Below, piece after piece: positions 19,357 to 28,492 of a stretch of 64,000 bases of DNA (the stretch's first letter is position 1; each line of letters opens with the position of its first letter). The stretch covers positions 1 through 64,000 of the IMG/VR virus record IMGVR_UViG_2902759955_000002; one strand, 5' to 3'. The DNA is from a virus. Taxonomy: Duplodnaviria > Caudoviricetes. Position numbers and translations under genes: made by a program. A model generated the notes under the pieces. It saw only the letters and a list, made by a program, of their open reading frames with translations, did not search any database and was not told where the DNA came from.

Positions 19357-20856
19357 TTAGGCAGCTTCCGGGATCAAAGCCATGCGGCGGACCACTTCCG
19401 GATCGGCTGCTTCCGGCACATCCCAATGCATCCAGTTCGAGATCGTGGCAATCACGGTCTTTGGCATGGACAGATTGCGGGACACCGTGCGCGGCGCGTT
19501 CATGTCAAACACGCTCTGATGCGGAGCGAGCTTTTCCAATTCCGTGGCCGTGACAAAGTCCAGCGACAGCGTGGCGTTGAGCTGGTCGCCATCGAAGTCG
19601 GCGTTGAAGCCAACCACGATCAGGATGCTCATGCCGATGGTCGGGTCTGCCACGTCGGTCTTCACCTTCGTGATAAACACGGCCTGTGCCGAAGAACGTG
19701 CAAGCGACGGATTGCGTTGCAAGACGATTGGCACGCCCATGAACGGCGAGCGTTCGACGAACATCTGGAAGTACGCGTCGAGCTGCGGGTGGTACTTGTT
19801 CGCATGCTCGAGAAGGAAGGCTTCTGCTTCCTGAGGCGTCATGCCATCCCGCATGAGCTTGTTCTTCAGATGCACTTCGAAGACCGCGACGCCGATGCCC
19901 CACGGGATATGCACTTCCCGGTGGTGATGCGCATCGGTGAGCGAGCTGATCACTGCACGGAAGCTGAAGTGCGAGCGGGTGCCGTAGACGTGCTTGCGGA
20001 AGATCCCCTCTTTCTTGGCGAGAACGGTCCGCATCGTTTCGTCGTAGTACTGCGACGTCTGGATGATCATCTTGATCGTGCGGTTTTCCTTCACCCGCGC
20101 CGAGTGCACCGAGAGGGGTGCGTCGATGCCCACCATCATGCGGATCGCGTCCACTGCGACCGGTGCCGTAGCATCCGTGTACGCGCCGTGGTTCGTTTCT
20201 TCCAGCACCAACAAGGAGCGGTTGGGTAGCGGCAGAAACTTCGAGAAGATGCGGTCGCGCTGCTCACTCAGCAACTGCTTGAGGGAGGAGAGCTTCTTCT
20301 TGTTGTAGAACTTCAGGTTAAACATGAAGCTCATGATTTCGTCGAAGTGATCGACGAAGTTGTTGTAGCCGCGGGGAATGCCCGCCTTGCGGATAAACTC
20401 GATGACCGGCGGTTCCTTGACCGCAGGCTTATAGGTGATGTCGCAAATCCAGCGCATCACATCAAAGCTGCTCTTCTCGAATCGCTCGCTGATCATCGTC
20501 CAGACGATCGGGGAGATAAGCGCCGAGACACCCTTGGGTGCACGCAGCCAGATGAGAGGTTCCAGATCGTGCTGATGCGGTGCGGTGACTTCGGTATGGC
20601 ATTCGGGACAGACCACCGGTCGATACCGTTTGCCGTCCCCCAGTTTGTCGACCCCGGCAGTGTTGCCGCATTGACACGAGGGGATGTTCGACAGCAGATC
20701 GGAATTGATCAGGTCGTACTTGGTGAAGATGAGGTTGTTGATGTGTTCTTTTTCCTCTTCGGACGAGTCCGAGAGGTCATTGATGATGATCGGTTCCTTG
20801 GAAGCGAAATGGTCAAATACTTCGTCTTGATTGATGAGTCTGAGATGCACCGACAC
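19357..20856 (-). CDS. Non-virion RNA polymerase beta' subunit, N-terminal catalytic part (phiKZ gp55-like)
   Basis: Catalytic NADFDGD, KKEGIFRKHVYGTRSHFSFRAVI, QRNPSL, N-terminal Cys Zn-finger; GTG start after AAGGAG. Confidence 0.95.
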   Translation of the reverse strand: MSVHLRLINQDEVFDHFASKEPIIINDLSDSSEEEKEHINNLIFTKYDLINSDLLSNIPSCQCGNTAGVDKLGDGKRYRPVVCPECHTEVTAPHQHDLEPLIWLRAPKGVSALISPIVWTMISERFEKSSFDVMRWICDITYKPAVKEPPVIEFIRKAGIPRGYNNFVDHFDEIMSFMFNLKFYNKKKLSSLKQLLSEQRDRIFSKFLPLPNRSLLVLEETNHGAYTDATAPVAVDAIRMMVGIDAPLSVHSARVKENRTIKMIIQTSQYYDETMRTVLAKKEGIFRKHVYGTRSHFSFRAVISSLTDAHHHREVHIPWGIGVAVFEVHLKNKLMRDGMTPQEAEAFLLEHANKYHPQLDAYFQMFVERSPFMGVPIVLQRNPSLARSSAQAVFITKVKTDVADPTIGMSILIVVGFNADFDGDQLNATLSLDFVTATELEKLAPHQSVFDMNAPRTVSRNLSMPKTVIATISNWMHWDVPEAADPEVVRRMALIPEAA

Positions 20857-20947
20857 GCTTTTCTCCTTGATCGATCCGTCGCGGCTGAGGGGAGCCACAT
20901 CCGATTCAGCACACGAATAAATTTCGACCTGTATTACGGCTCGAAGT

Positions 20948-20965
20948 AGTGATATATGGCTGAGC
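20948..20965 (-). promoter_or_regulatory. Putative early promoter
   Basis: Minus strand GCTCAGCCATATATCACT. Confidence 0.7.
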
Positions 20966-21110
20966 GGCGTTTCAGGCGCGATTCGCGCCACGTACGAGGA
21001 GGATCGGGCAGGCTGCCAAGGGGACCCAGGAGAACAGTGCGATGATCATCAGATGCATTTTCAAGCTCTACTCAAAAAGGGCTGCGAAACAGCAAAAAAA
21101 AGAAAGAGAC

Positions 21111-21152
21111 GGCATAAAAAGAAAAGATAGGGAAGAGCCCGAAGGCTCTCCC
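21111..21152 (-). terminator. Intrinsic terminator after chimallin
   Basis: GGGAGAGCC-TTCG-GGCTCTTCCC followed by a T-rich tract ending TTTTTATGCC. Confidence 0.8.
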
Positions 21153-21260
21153 GTCTCCCCGCTTCCATTGCTGGAAACTTCCCGTCGCCGATAGGCTGAT
21201 GAGCTGGGTCATGCCCATTGACAGCGCTCACACAAGGAAAGAGCGCTGTCGGGATACTGC

Positions 21261-23204
21261 TTACTGCTGGGCCCAGCGGCTGAAGCCACCGCGTGCACCG
21301 TACTGCTGTTGCTGCTGTGCGCCGTAGCCACGGTTGAACACCGAAGCACCTGCCTTCGACATGTCCATGGCAGCGCCCATTGCGTACGAGTTGACCGCGC
21401 GCTGATGCTGGTTCAGATCCGTCACCGGCGAGATGGTGCGCGTGGACAGACCTGCGTCCTTCGCACCTGCCAACAACGCTTCCATGAACTTCGGCTCGAT
21501 GGTGACCCGACGAGCGAAGCCCGTGAAGTTCACCGAGTCTTGGCCCAGGATGCCCGTGATGATCTGCTTGCGCTTCGACAGACGCACGTTCAGGTCGAGG
21601 CTTGCCAGGTTGAACGTTTCCGACCATTCGCGAACGACTTCCGGATCGCGGTGACCAGCGAAGTTCAAGACGGCCAGGTAGTCCACGTCGCGCAAGTCGC
21701 GCTTCACGCCGAAGCGGTCCGTGTACCAGCCCAGATGCACGCGGTTGAACTCGTCCAGCGCCACACGTCCGTCACCGTTGTAGTGGCGGCTGAAGTTGCC
21801 GTGCGTCAGCGTGTTCGCCGCTTGCAGGATGATGTCGTTGATACGCTGTGCGTGGGGGTTGTTCATCTCGCCAGCTGCAGCGAAGATGCCGTTGAACCAC
21901 GACTGCGGACCGCATTCCGGCACATCCACCGACAGGATCGGCGTCGGCTCGACGACCGAAGCCAGGAGGGCAATCAGGTTGTCCTGATGGCCTTGGCTGC
22001 GCAGGAACGAATCGGCCTTCGTGTCCACCCGGTCGCCGTAGCCGCTCGCGTTCTTCTCGAAGTTCGCTTCGATACCCACAGCGCCGATGTCGCGCAGGTC
22101 CATGTCGTTGCCGACGACTTGCTGACGCGGGCGCCATGCTTCGGCCCATGCATTGCCTTGGAACAGACCCATCGACGTGATCAGCGCGAGCAGCTGCGCT
22201 TCGGTCGTCAGCAGTTGCAGCGATTCGAGATCGGTGATCACGAAGCGCGGCAGGTAACGCTTGAACTCGTTCGGCGACGCAACTTGCTGCGTCGGCGGCG
22301 CCCATTGGCTGTAAGCCTGCGTTTGCTGTTCGGCCGGTGCCCACACCAGATCCATGAAGCCGCTGGCGCGCGAGATTGTCGCCACACGCTGCACGGCGTC
22401 TTGCTGACCTTGGATCTGCTGACCGCCTGCACGGAACTCGATCACGATGTCGCCACGCATCGGCGCACCGACCACATCCTGCGTTTGCGGATTGCCGAAC
22501 GTCGTCGTGACCGTCAGCGTGCTGTCTTGCTCGGTGCCGCCCAAGTCCAAGGGACGGTAGCCCGGTGCACGTTGTTCGAGTTCGGTCGTGCACGCCAGCG
22601 CGGCGTTCGATGCCAACTGAAAAACCAGTGCTTCGTCGTCGAGGTTGAAGTCGCGCGGCACCACGCATTCCGCTGCGTCGAACAGCGGCGTGCTCGGGAA
22701 GCTGCGCTGCACGACGGAGGCGATCTCCTTACGGGCATTCGGTGTGATGGCGTCGCCCGCGACCTTCAGGATTTCGACTTGCTGGCCGTTGATCATTTCC
22801 ACGCGCGGAGCGATGGCCGGGCTCGATGCGTCCAGCACCAGCGTGTGGAACGCTACGCCGACGTCGCGGTTCTGATTGTCGCGGGTCGCGACAACGATCA
22901 CCGACTTCAACAGCGTTTGCGTGGTGTTCAGGTCGATCGGCAGCAGGGTGATTTCCCAGCTCTTGTCGACCTTCGCGTATTCCTTGACCAGTGCCGCGTG
23001 CAGCTTCGTGATCACGTCGCTCGCCGGCGAACGCGACAGTGCCAAACGAGCGATGCCGCCCAGATTGTCGAGGCGTACGCGTTGTGCTTGCGGACGTTGT
23101 GCTTGGGATTGGTCTTGTCCGCGTGAGTCTTGCTGGCCGCGGGCGAACGCATCGCTCATGGTGGAGTTACCTTGCGTGTTCGTTTCGGGCTTGTTCAGGG
23201 CCAT
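21261..23204 (-). CDS. chmA: Chimallin, major phage nuclear shell protein (phiKZ gp54-like)
   Basis: 647 aa with disordered N- and C-termini and strong codon bias; directly upstream of the beta' gene as in chimalliviruses; RVHLGWY...RDLRDVDYLAVLN motif. Confidence 0.85.
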   Translation of the reverse strand: MALNKPETNTQGNSTMSDAFARGQQDSRGQDQSQAQRPQAQRVRLDNLGGIARLALSRSPASDVITKLHAALVKEYAKVDKSWEITLLPIDLNTTQTLLKSVIVVATRDNQNRDVGVAFHTLVLDASSPAIAPRVEMINGQQVEILKVAGDAITPNARKEIASVVQRSFPSTPLFDAAECVVPRDFNLDDEALVFQLASNAALACTTELEQRAPGYRPLDLGGTEQDSTLTVTTTFGNPQTQDVVGAPMRGDIVIEFRAGGQQIQGQQDAVQRVATISRASGFMDLVWAPAEQQTQAYSQWAPPTQQVASPNEFKRYLPRFVITDLESLQLLTTEAQLLALITSMGLFQGNAWAEAWRPRQQVVGNDMDLRDIGAVGIEANFEKNASGYGDRVDTKADSFLRSQGHQDNLIALLASVVEPTPILSVDVPECGPQSWFNGIFAAAGEMNNPHAQRINDIILQAANTLTHGNFSRHYNGDGRVALDEFNRVHLGWYTDRFGVKRDLRDVDYLAVLNFAGHRDPEVVREWSETFNLASLDLNVRLSKRKQIITGILGQDSVNFTGFARRVTIEPKFMEALLAGAKDAGLSTRTISPVTDLNQHQRAVNSYAMGAAMDMSKAGASVFNRGYGAQQQQQYGARGGFSRWAQQ

Positions 23205-23276
23205 GGTCTGTCTTCCTTCGTTTTTTCAACAGGTTAATGATCGCGCGTCACTAAGCATCTGCTCTTAGTTCAGGAG

Positions 23277-23294
23277 AGTGATATAGGTTTCAGT
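23277..23294 (-). promoter_or_regulatory. Putative early promoter of chimallin
   Basis: Minus strand ACTGAAACCTATATCACT. Confidence 0.65.
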
Positions 23295-24260
23295 TTTCTT
23301 AGAATCGCGATGCGCTGAAATGCCCTCTCCCTCGCCAGCTAATAGACGCCTAGCTTCCATCTGAGCCTGTTGGAAAGTGGCCCATTTGGAGTACTAAAAG
23401 AGACAGAGTTTGACCATTGGATAACAGAGCGGTACTTCGGGGCGCTCTATCCGACCAGGCTATTCAAGCTGGGCGGCAGGATCCGATGGCGTTTCTTCTC
23501 CTACAAGATAGGGGGGAGCAGGTAAAAATTTACTTGTAAGGGAGACAAGTGTTGAGGTAAGCGACGGGGAGGTCGTAAGGACTTGCTCGCGACGCAGTAC
23601 ATCCGTCATGAGAGGTGTTCGATAGGTTTAATGCAGGCGCGGCGACAGCGGAAGACTGGGGAAAACTCAGCATGTTCGTAATCTACCTACAGCTAAAAAT
23701 TGCATCTAATAAGACGTTATTACGGTGAAGAGAATACCGCTTATTGGCTAAAAAGCCGTTAGCGAAATAAACTTCCGCGGTGCGGAATGGATTTAAAAGA
23801 GGAAATAACAATCGAATATAAACGTTTGCGAGCGCAAAATATGTCGCGGAAACGGCAATTAGTAGAAGAATCCACCTATCACGGTAATTCTCCCCAGGTT
23901 TCGATTACGCGCAATTACGACCGTTTGAGCACAATCGGCTGTGGTCGAAAGTACCGATAAGTAAGGGTTTGTAGCTTATGTTTTCATTTCAAAAATGAAA
24001 GCTACCTTTCAATGAAAGTTTGATAAAGGTACTGGAAACGCCTTGTAGGTAGTCGCTTCGCATTTTCGGACTTTGCACCATCGCCGAACAAGCGTTTCAT
24101 AATGCGGTTTGAACTGTATGTAAAACGCACGACTGAAATGTGAAGTAAACGTTTAGAAAGTATTGATGCGGGTTTTCAGGGCACGAGCTCGTGTCACAAA
24201 ACTGCAACAATAGATCAGGACTACGACGGAGTTTCGTAGGCCGCTCACGGGCCTACTTTT
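23295..24260. other. ~1-kb AT-rich non-coding region
   Basis: No ORF of 60 aa or more in any frame; visibly lower GC; several hairpins. Confidence 0.75.
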
Positions 24261-24494
24261 CGACGTGTCAACCATTCCACCATGCCGAGCGTTTATGGCG
24301 CCCCCCGCGATGACCGCGTCGCTCCGACCGCGATGGTCGTGTTACATACGGCGGCCCGGCATTCATGTTCGGGCCTTCGGTGTTATCGGGATCACCAAAG
24401 CGCTGGACAGCGGTGGTGGTGTTTTGCTCGTGCACAGCTGTAGACAGTGCGGTAGACAGTGTCATGAGGGCCACTGATCTCAAAGATTTTCGTG

Positions 24495-24869
24495 TCATGC
24501 CTCGACCTTGCGTAGGTGGCAAAAGTGCGTAGTGAGAAACTCAGGCGTGAAATCGCCCGCCGTCATTCGGGGGAACCAGTGCTCTCGGGGTGTGCTGCGG
24601 CGATGGACGATCAACACACTGATCACCCCTTCCTCTTCGAATTCGAGATCGATGTAGTTTTCCGGGCGGTCCCAGTAGAGTCCTAGCTGGGCAGTGACAC
24701 CTGAGATCATGGGTATGGGTGGAGCGAGGTCCGGCGGCAGCGCGCGCAGAAAACTCTCGACTGCAACGATCTCCTTTTCCCGCGGGGCGGGACTATGTTC
24801 GTCGTGCCAGCCAGCTAGCAGCTGCCGATAGCTACTCACCTCGACAAGGGTGGTCTCAATGGTTCGCAT
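24495..24869 (-). CDS. Hypothetical protein
   Basis: 124-aa ORF with a GW...AP....I.....FL..LP pattern similar to 63577-63990. Confidence 0.6.
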   Translation of the reverse strand: MRTIETTLVEVSSYRQLLAGWHDEHSPAPREKEIVAVESFLRALPPDLAPPIPMISGVTAQLGLYWDRPENYIDLEFEEEGVISVLIVHRRSTPREHWFPRMTAGDFTPEFLTTHFCHLRKVEA

Positions 24870-25230
24870 TTGTATTGTCTTTTTCTCTAGCGGATTTCCC
24901 ACTACCGTCGTCCGGTCGTGGTTGACGTTGAGCGGGCGCAGTTATGGGCTCGCTGATGTGCCCTTGAATCGGTGACACTCAACGCTTACGCTCCCAAGGT
25001 GACTGCTCCCACCAACGACGGCCCTTCTTGTATCGGGAGCCGCGTTTGGGCTTGGGGGCTTCGGCTTGCGAGGGCGGGCAATCATCGACTTCATCCGGAG
25101 CATGAAGGTAGTAGGGCTCTCGGTCGTCGTAGGCTCCGTGTTTGATGGCGGATTCGGTTGCGCTTTCTGCGTGTCCCATGGTCGGCTCTCAATTTTATGA
25201 ACTGTCAAATTCCCAACTGGATGCGTCGCT

Positions 25231-26343
25231 ATGCACACGCTTTTCAATCTGGTGCCGAGGGCGCTCCAAGGCATCCAAATCCCGGGCCTGTGGCCTTACG
25301 TCCGTGAGGGACTGCGGCGAAATATCGGCCAAGTGATTCGCTACTATCGCAATGCCCCGATGGCGGTGAAGAGTGATCACATCCTCGTCAAGCTGATCCA
25401 GAGCGTGAATATCCCGCTCTCTCACAACTTGGAGCGGTACTTCGCGAACGTGGATGCCGTCTCACTCAATCTGTCGATGGCGTTGAAAATGACTTCGTCC
25501 CTCTATAGGGGAAAGATGTGGGATGGAGACTTCTACGGCCCCGGTCATGATGAGGTCCTCTTGGCGCACACTGAGACGTTCGATGTCGATCGCACCCACG
25601 ACGACTGGCAAAACGTCACGCCGGTGCGGGTGTTGCGGCACCCGCGCAGCGATCTCTACATGAACCTGCCTAATGGCCACCTCACCGGGACAGAGACGGG
25701 TATCTGTGTGATTGCGATCAACGTCCCGATGCTCATGGTCCAGTACCGGGCGTTTCGCCTCGCGCAGGATGGGATCACCGGTGGGGTCGACGAGAAGTCG
25801 ACGATGATGTTCATCCACATGTACGTTTTACCGAACATGCTCTTCAGCCACCTGGATCAGGCGCTCTTCAACCGGATACGCAAGCTCCAGGCGAAGGAGG
25901 CGGTAGGTGAATCGATCCGCAAGCATCCGTTTGCCCAGATCGATTACTCGGCCAAGGTCGATGCCTGCTACAACCAGATCCTGACCAACTTCGACCGGCA
26001 TCCGATGAACTTCGTCGGGACCCTGCAAAGCGTGCCGGCCGCTGCGCGCTCCAATATGGAACAGGCGATGAAGGTGCCTGACATGGCGCCAACGCGACAG
26101 GCGATGTGGGCACTGGCATTGGCACGTCTGCCCATGCTGGACTTCGTTCTGACCATGGCGATGGGTTCCCCGCAGACCCGCAACCAGCTGGAAGTGGACC
26201 TCATCAACCGGACCTTCCTTGGATGGCAGCAGGAGCGGCTCTTCGATGGGGTCATGGACCCGCTAGTCCGACAAGACGTCATAGAGGAGCTAACCGACAT
26301 CCTCTCCAAGGCGAACCCTGGAGCGATGTCAGCTGTGGCCTAG
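25231..26343 (+). CDS. Conserved late/structural-type protein (phiKZ gp52 region)
   Basis: 370-aa ORF on the opposite strand; AATTTTATG late-promoter-like motif upstream. Confidence 0.65.
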   Translation: MHTLFNLVPRALQGIQIPGLWPYVREGLRRNIGQVIRYYRNAPMAVKSDHILVKLIQSVNIPLSHNLERYFANVDAVSLNLSMALKMTSSLYRGKMWDGDFYGPGHDEVLLAHTETFDVDRTHDDWQNVTPVRVLRHPRSDLYMNLPNGHLTGTETGICVIAINVPMLMVQYRAFRLAQDGITGGVDEKSTMMFIHMYVLPNMLFSHLDQALFNRIRKLQAKEAVGESIRKHPFAQIDYSAKVDACYNQILTNFDRHPMNFVGTLQSVPAAARSNMEQAMKVPDMAPTRQAMWALALARLPMLDFVLTMAMGSPQTRNQLEVDLINRTFLGWQQERLFDGVMDPLVRQDVIEELTDILSKANPGAMSAVA

Positions 26344-26510
26344 TCACGGCGGATATATCGGTCGTACAACAGGTAGAGTCCTGCACCAGCGCACCACGCG
26401 AAGAGGCCGGCATCAATCCCGTCCTCGAGGCTCACGTGGAAGTACACACTACCTACCGCGCCGAGGAGGTCGCAGGTAAGCTGGGTCAGTATCAGGATCC
26501 AGAGCGTCAT
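26340..26510 (-). CDS. Small membrane protein (two hydrophobic segments)
   Basis: MTLWILILTQLTC...; start overlaps the upstream stop. Confidence 0.5.
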   Translation of the reverse strand: MTLWILILTQLTCDLLGAVGSVYFHVSLEDGIDAGLFAWCAGAGLYLLYDRYIRRD

Positions 26511-26707
26511 TCTTGGACGTATCCGAAGTTGGGATAGCGATGGGGGAAGTTCATCGGTGTCTTGCACACGGTGCACTCATGCGGGTACTGCGGTGGGTCG
26601 CTAAGCAGCATATTCATACCCGCTGGGCGCATCACCCCATCGCAACCTTCCACATCGCACTGGTAGTCAACGCTGACGACCTTTGCTGGTTTTGATGTCT
26701 GGGGCAT
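26507..26707 (-). CDS. Zinc-ribbon microprotein, copy B
   Basis: CxxxxC...PPQYPHECTVC...YP. Confidence 0.6.
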   Translation of the reverse strand: MPQTSKPAKVVSVDYQCDVEGCDGVMRPAGMNMLLSDPPQYPHECTVCKTPMNFPHRYPNFGYVQE

Positions 26708-26927
26708 CTTCTTTGTCCTCAACGTACTTCGTGAATGGATAGGTCTGATAAAACTTCTGAGTGCGGCCGCAGTGGCCGCATTTATGCTCGTACATCGGCG
26801 GACCAGACCCTTCGCCGAGAGACACGCTGACGTTTCCGCTGGGTAGCATCTTCCCGCTGACGCAGAGTGCGTTGGCGCAACGACGCTCAACGCGTACGAC
26901 GCGCAGGGGAATTTCGATCTCTGACAT
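26667..26927 (-). CDS. Zinc-ribbon microprotein, copy A
   Basis: CxxxxC...PPMYEHKCGHC...YP. Confidence 0.6.
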   Translation of the reverse strand: MSEIEIPLRVVRVERRCANALCVSGKMLPSGNVSVSLGEGSGPPMYEHKCGHCGRTQKFYQTYPFTKYVEDKEDAPDIKTSKGRQR

Positions 26928-26939
26928 GACGGGGTCCGG

Positions 26940-27341
26940 TTAGCCCTGCGATTGACTGGCGAGACGACGGTGCATCTCATCCATCGCGGCCTTGAGCGTG
27001 CGACGACTGATGCGACTCATCTGCTCATCGTGCAGCAGGATGGCGTCAGCGATCTTTCGACCCTGATCCTCATCGAACTGCCAGATGTTGAAGATCTGTG
27101 CGGCGTCGCGCGCGGCGACCGCACTGTCGAGTGCACCATTGACCACTGCGACATCCGCTTCACGCTGGTTGCTGTGTTCCGAGAGCACCAGTGCGATGTT
27201 CAGTGCACACACGATCGTCGACCAGTGCTCTTCCGATCCACGGCCGGCCCGCATTTCGCCGAGGGCGAGGTGATAGGCGATCCCGAGATCGAGCTGGATG
27301 CTCGTGTCCACTTTTGCCCGACTTTTATTTCTTTTGCTCAT
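26940..27341 (-). CDS. Helical hypothetical protein resembling a Burkholderiales prophage family
   Basis: YHLAL..MR.GRGS pattern recognised from memory; not searched. Confidence 0.55.
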   Translation of the reverse strand: MSKRNKSRAKVDTSIQLDLGIAYHLALGEMRAGRGSEEHWSTIVCALNIALVLSEHSNQREADVAVVNGALDSAVAARDAAQIFNIWQFDEDQGRKIADAILLHDEQMSRISRRTLKAAMDEMHRRLASQSQG

Positions 27342-27359
27342 GACTGGGGCGGCGTTGAG

Positions 27360-27677
27360 TTATAGCTTGCTGGCCTGACGCTTGGCGATAGCGGCTTCCA
27401 GATTGTCTTCGTCGACGAGCTGACAATAGAGTGCTCGACCGTAGTAGGTCGCGACGTTGCCGGCTTCCTTCTGGTCGATAATCACCTTCGCGGCAAACCC
27501 GGCTTCGAGGAGGGCGTTGCGTGCCGACTTCGATGGAATGTCACCGTCATCCACCGGACCGCGTTCGATCAGGCAGATCAGGACATCAGTCCAGCCGGAA
27601 GGCAGACGACTGGTGTCGATCGCCTCGTCTTCCCAGGGCGCGCGCACGCGCTTCGAGTATGCTGTTACGTCCGGCAT
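27360..27677 (-). CDS. Hypothetical protein, possibly winged-helix-like
   Basis: GPVDDGDIPSKSARNALLEAGFA; GGAG RBS. Confidence 0.6.
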   Translation of the reverse strand: MPDVTAYSKRVRAPWEDEAIDTSRLPSGWTDVLICLIERGPVDDGDIPSKSARNALLEAGFAAKVIIDQKEAGNVATYYGRALYCQLVDEDNLEAAIAKRQASKL

Positions 27678-27931
27678 GACTTCTCTCCCTGGCCCGCCTC
27701 GGTGCGGGCTTTTATGACCTTCGTTTCAAACCAGCGACCTTCTTTGCCACACAGTCCGAACAGGCGGGCAGCGAACCATCCGCTTGACCGATGGATTTCG
27801 GCGCTCGGCGCATTCCAGAGGGTGCGACCAGTGGCCAAACTCACCGAGTCTACGTTTTGCGGGGCTTGGCACCGCACTCGGTCGAAAACGTCCTTTGCGC
27901 CATACCTGCAGTCTGTGCAGTGGTGCGTCAT
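27665..27931 (-). CDS. Cys-rich small protein
   Basis: CTDCRY...C...CGKEGRWFE motif; coupled to neighbours. Confidence 0.6.
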   Translation of the reverse strand: MTHHCTDCRYGAKDVFDRVRCQAPQNVDSVSLATGRTLWNAPSAEIHRSSGWFAARLFGLCGKEGRWFETKVIKARTEAGQGEKSCRT

Positions 27932-28155
27932 GTCAGTTCCCTGGGAACGCCTACGACAGGATCTGCTGGTGATGTCGCCTGCTTGGCGGCATCGATGGCT
28001 TTGCCGAGCAACTCGCGAAGATCGCTGTCATCGACGCCGAGTGGTGTGTCTTTCCTATCGCGACGCCGCCAGCTGGTTTTGATCTTCACGTACAAGGCCG
28101 CTACCATAATCGAGATCAAAACCCATGCGCCTAAAACCGCCAGAACTGTTTTCAC
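27928..28155 (-). CDS. Single-TM membrane protein
   Basis: N-terminal hydrophobic helix; AGGAG RBS. Confidence 0.55.
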   Translation of the reverse strand: MKTVLAVLGAWVLISIMVAALYVKIKTSWRRRDRKDTPLGVDDSDLRELLGKAIDAAKQATSPADPVVGVPRELT

Positions 28156-28165
28156 GACGATGCTC

Positions 28166-28492
28166 CTACAAGTGAGGGTCGAGGAAGGCTTTCAGTTGGG
28201 ACTTCGACAGCGCACCGACCTTCTGCGCGATCAGCGTGCCCTTTTTGAACAGCACGAGGGTGGGGATACCGCGCACACCGAAGCGCGCAGCGATACTTTG
28301 GTTCTGGTCCACGTCGACCTTAACGATCTGCAGCTTTCCTTGGTAATCCAAAGCGATCTGGTCGAGCGTCGGAGCAAGCAACTTGCACGGACCACACCAT
28401 TCCGCCCAGAAGTCGAGCAGGACCGGCAGCTCTGCCTTGATCACGTCCTGTTCGAAGTTCGCTTCGCTGGTATGTCGAATTTCTGCACTCAT
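28166..28492 (-). CDS. trxA: Thioredoxin
   Basis: DFWAEWCGPCK active site and GIPTL; bacterial-like 108 aa. Confidence 0.97.
   Translation of the reverse strand: MSAEIRHTSEANFEQDVIKAELPVLLDFWAEWCGPCKLLAPTLDQIALDYQGKLQIVKVDVDQNQSIAARFGVRGIPTLVLFKKGTLIAQKVGALSKSQLKAFLDPHL

Noticed and set aside
21165-21210. Hammerhead-like GAAAC...GTC...CTGATGAG on the plus strand
   Set aside because: Stem III is only 2 bp, stems I and II are out of register with the core, and it is antisense to the chimallin mRNA
21309-23126. 605-aa plus-strand ORF, and similar long antisense ORFs such as 57349-59583 and 61676-63259
   Set aside because: Shadow ORFs arising from GC3 bias opposite well-supported genes
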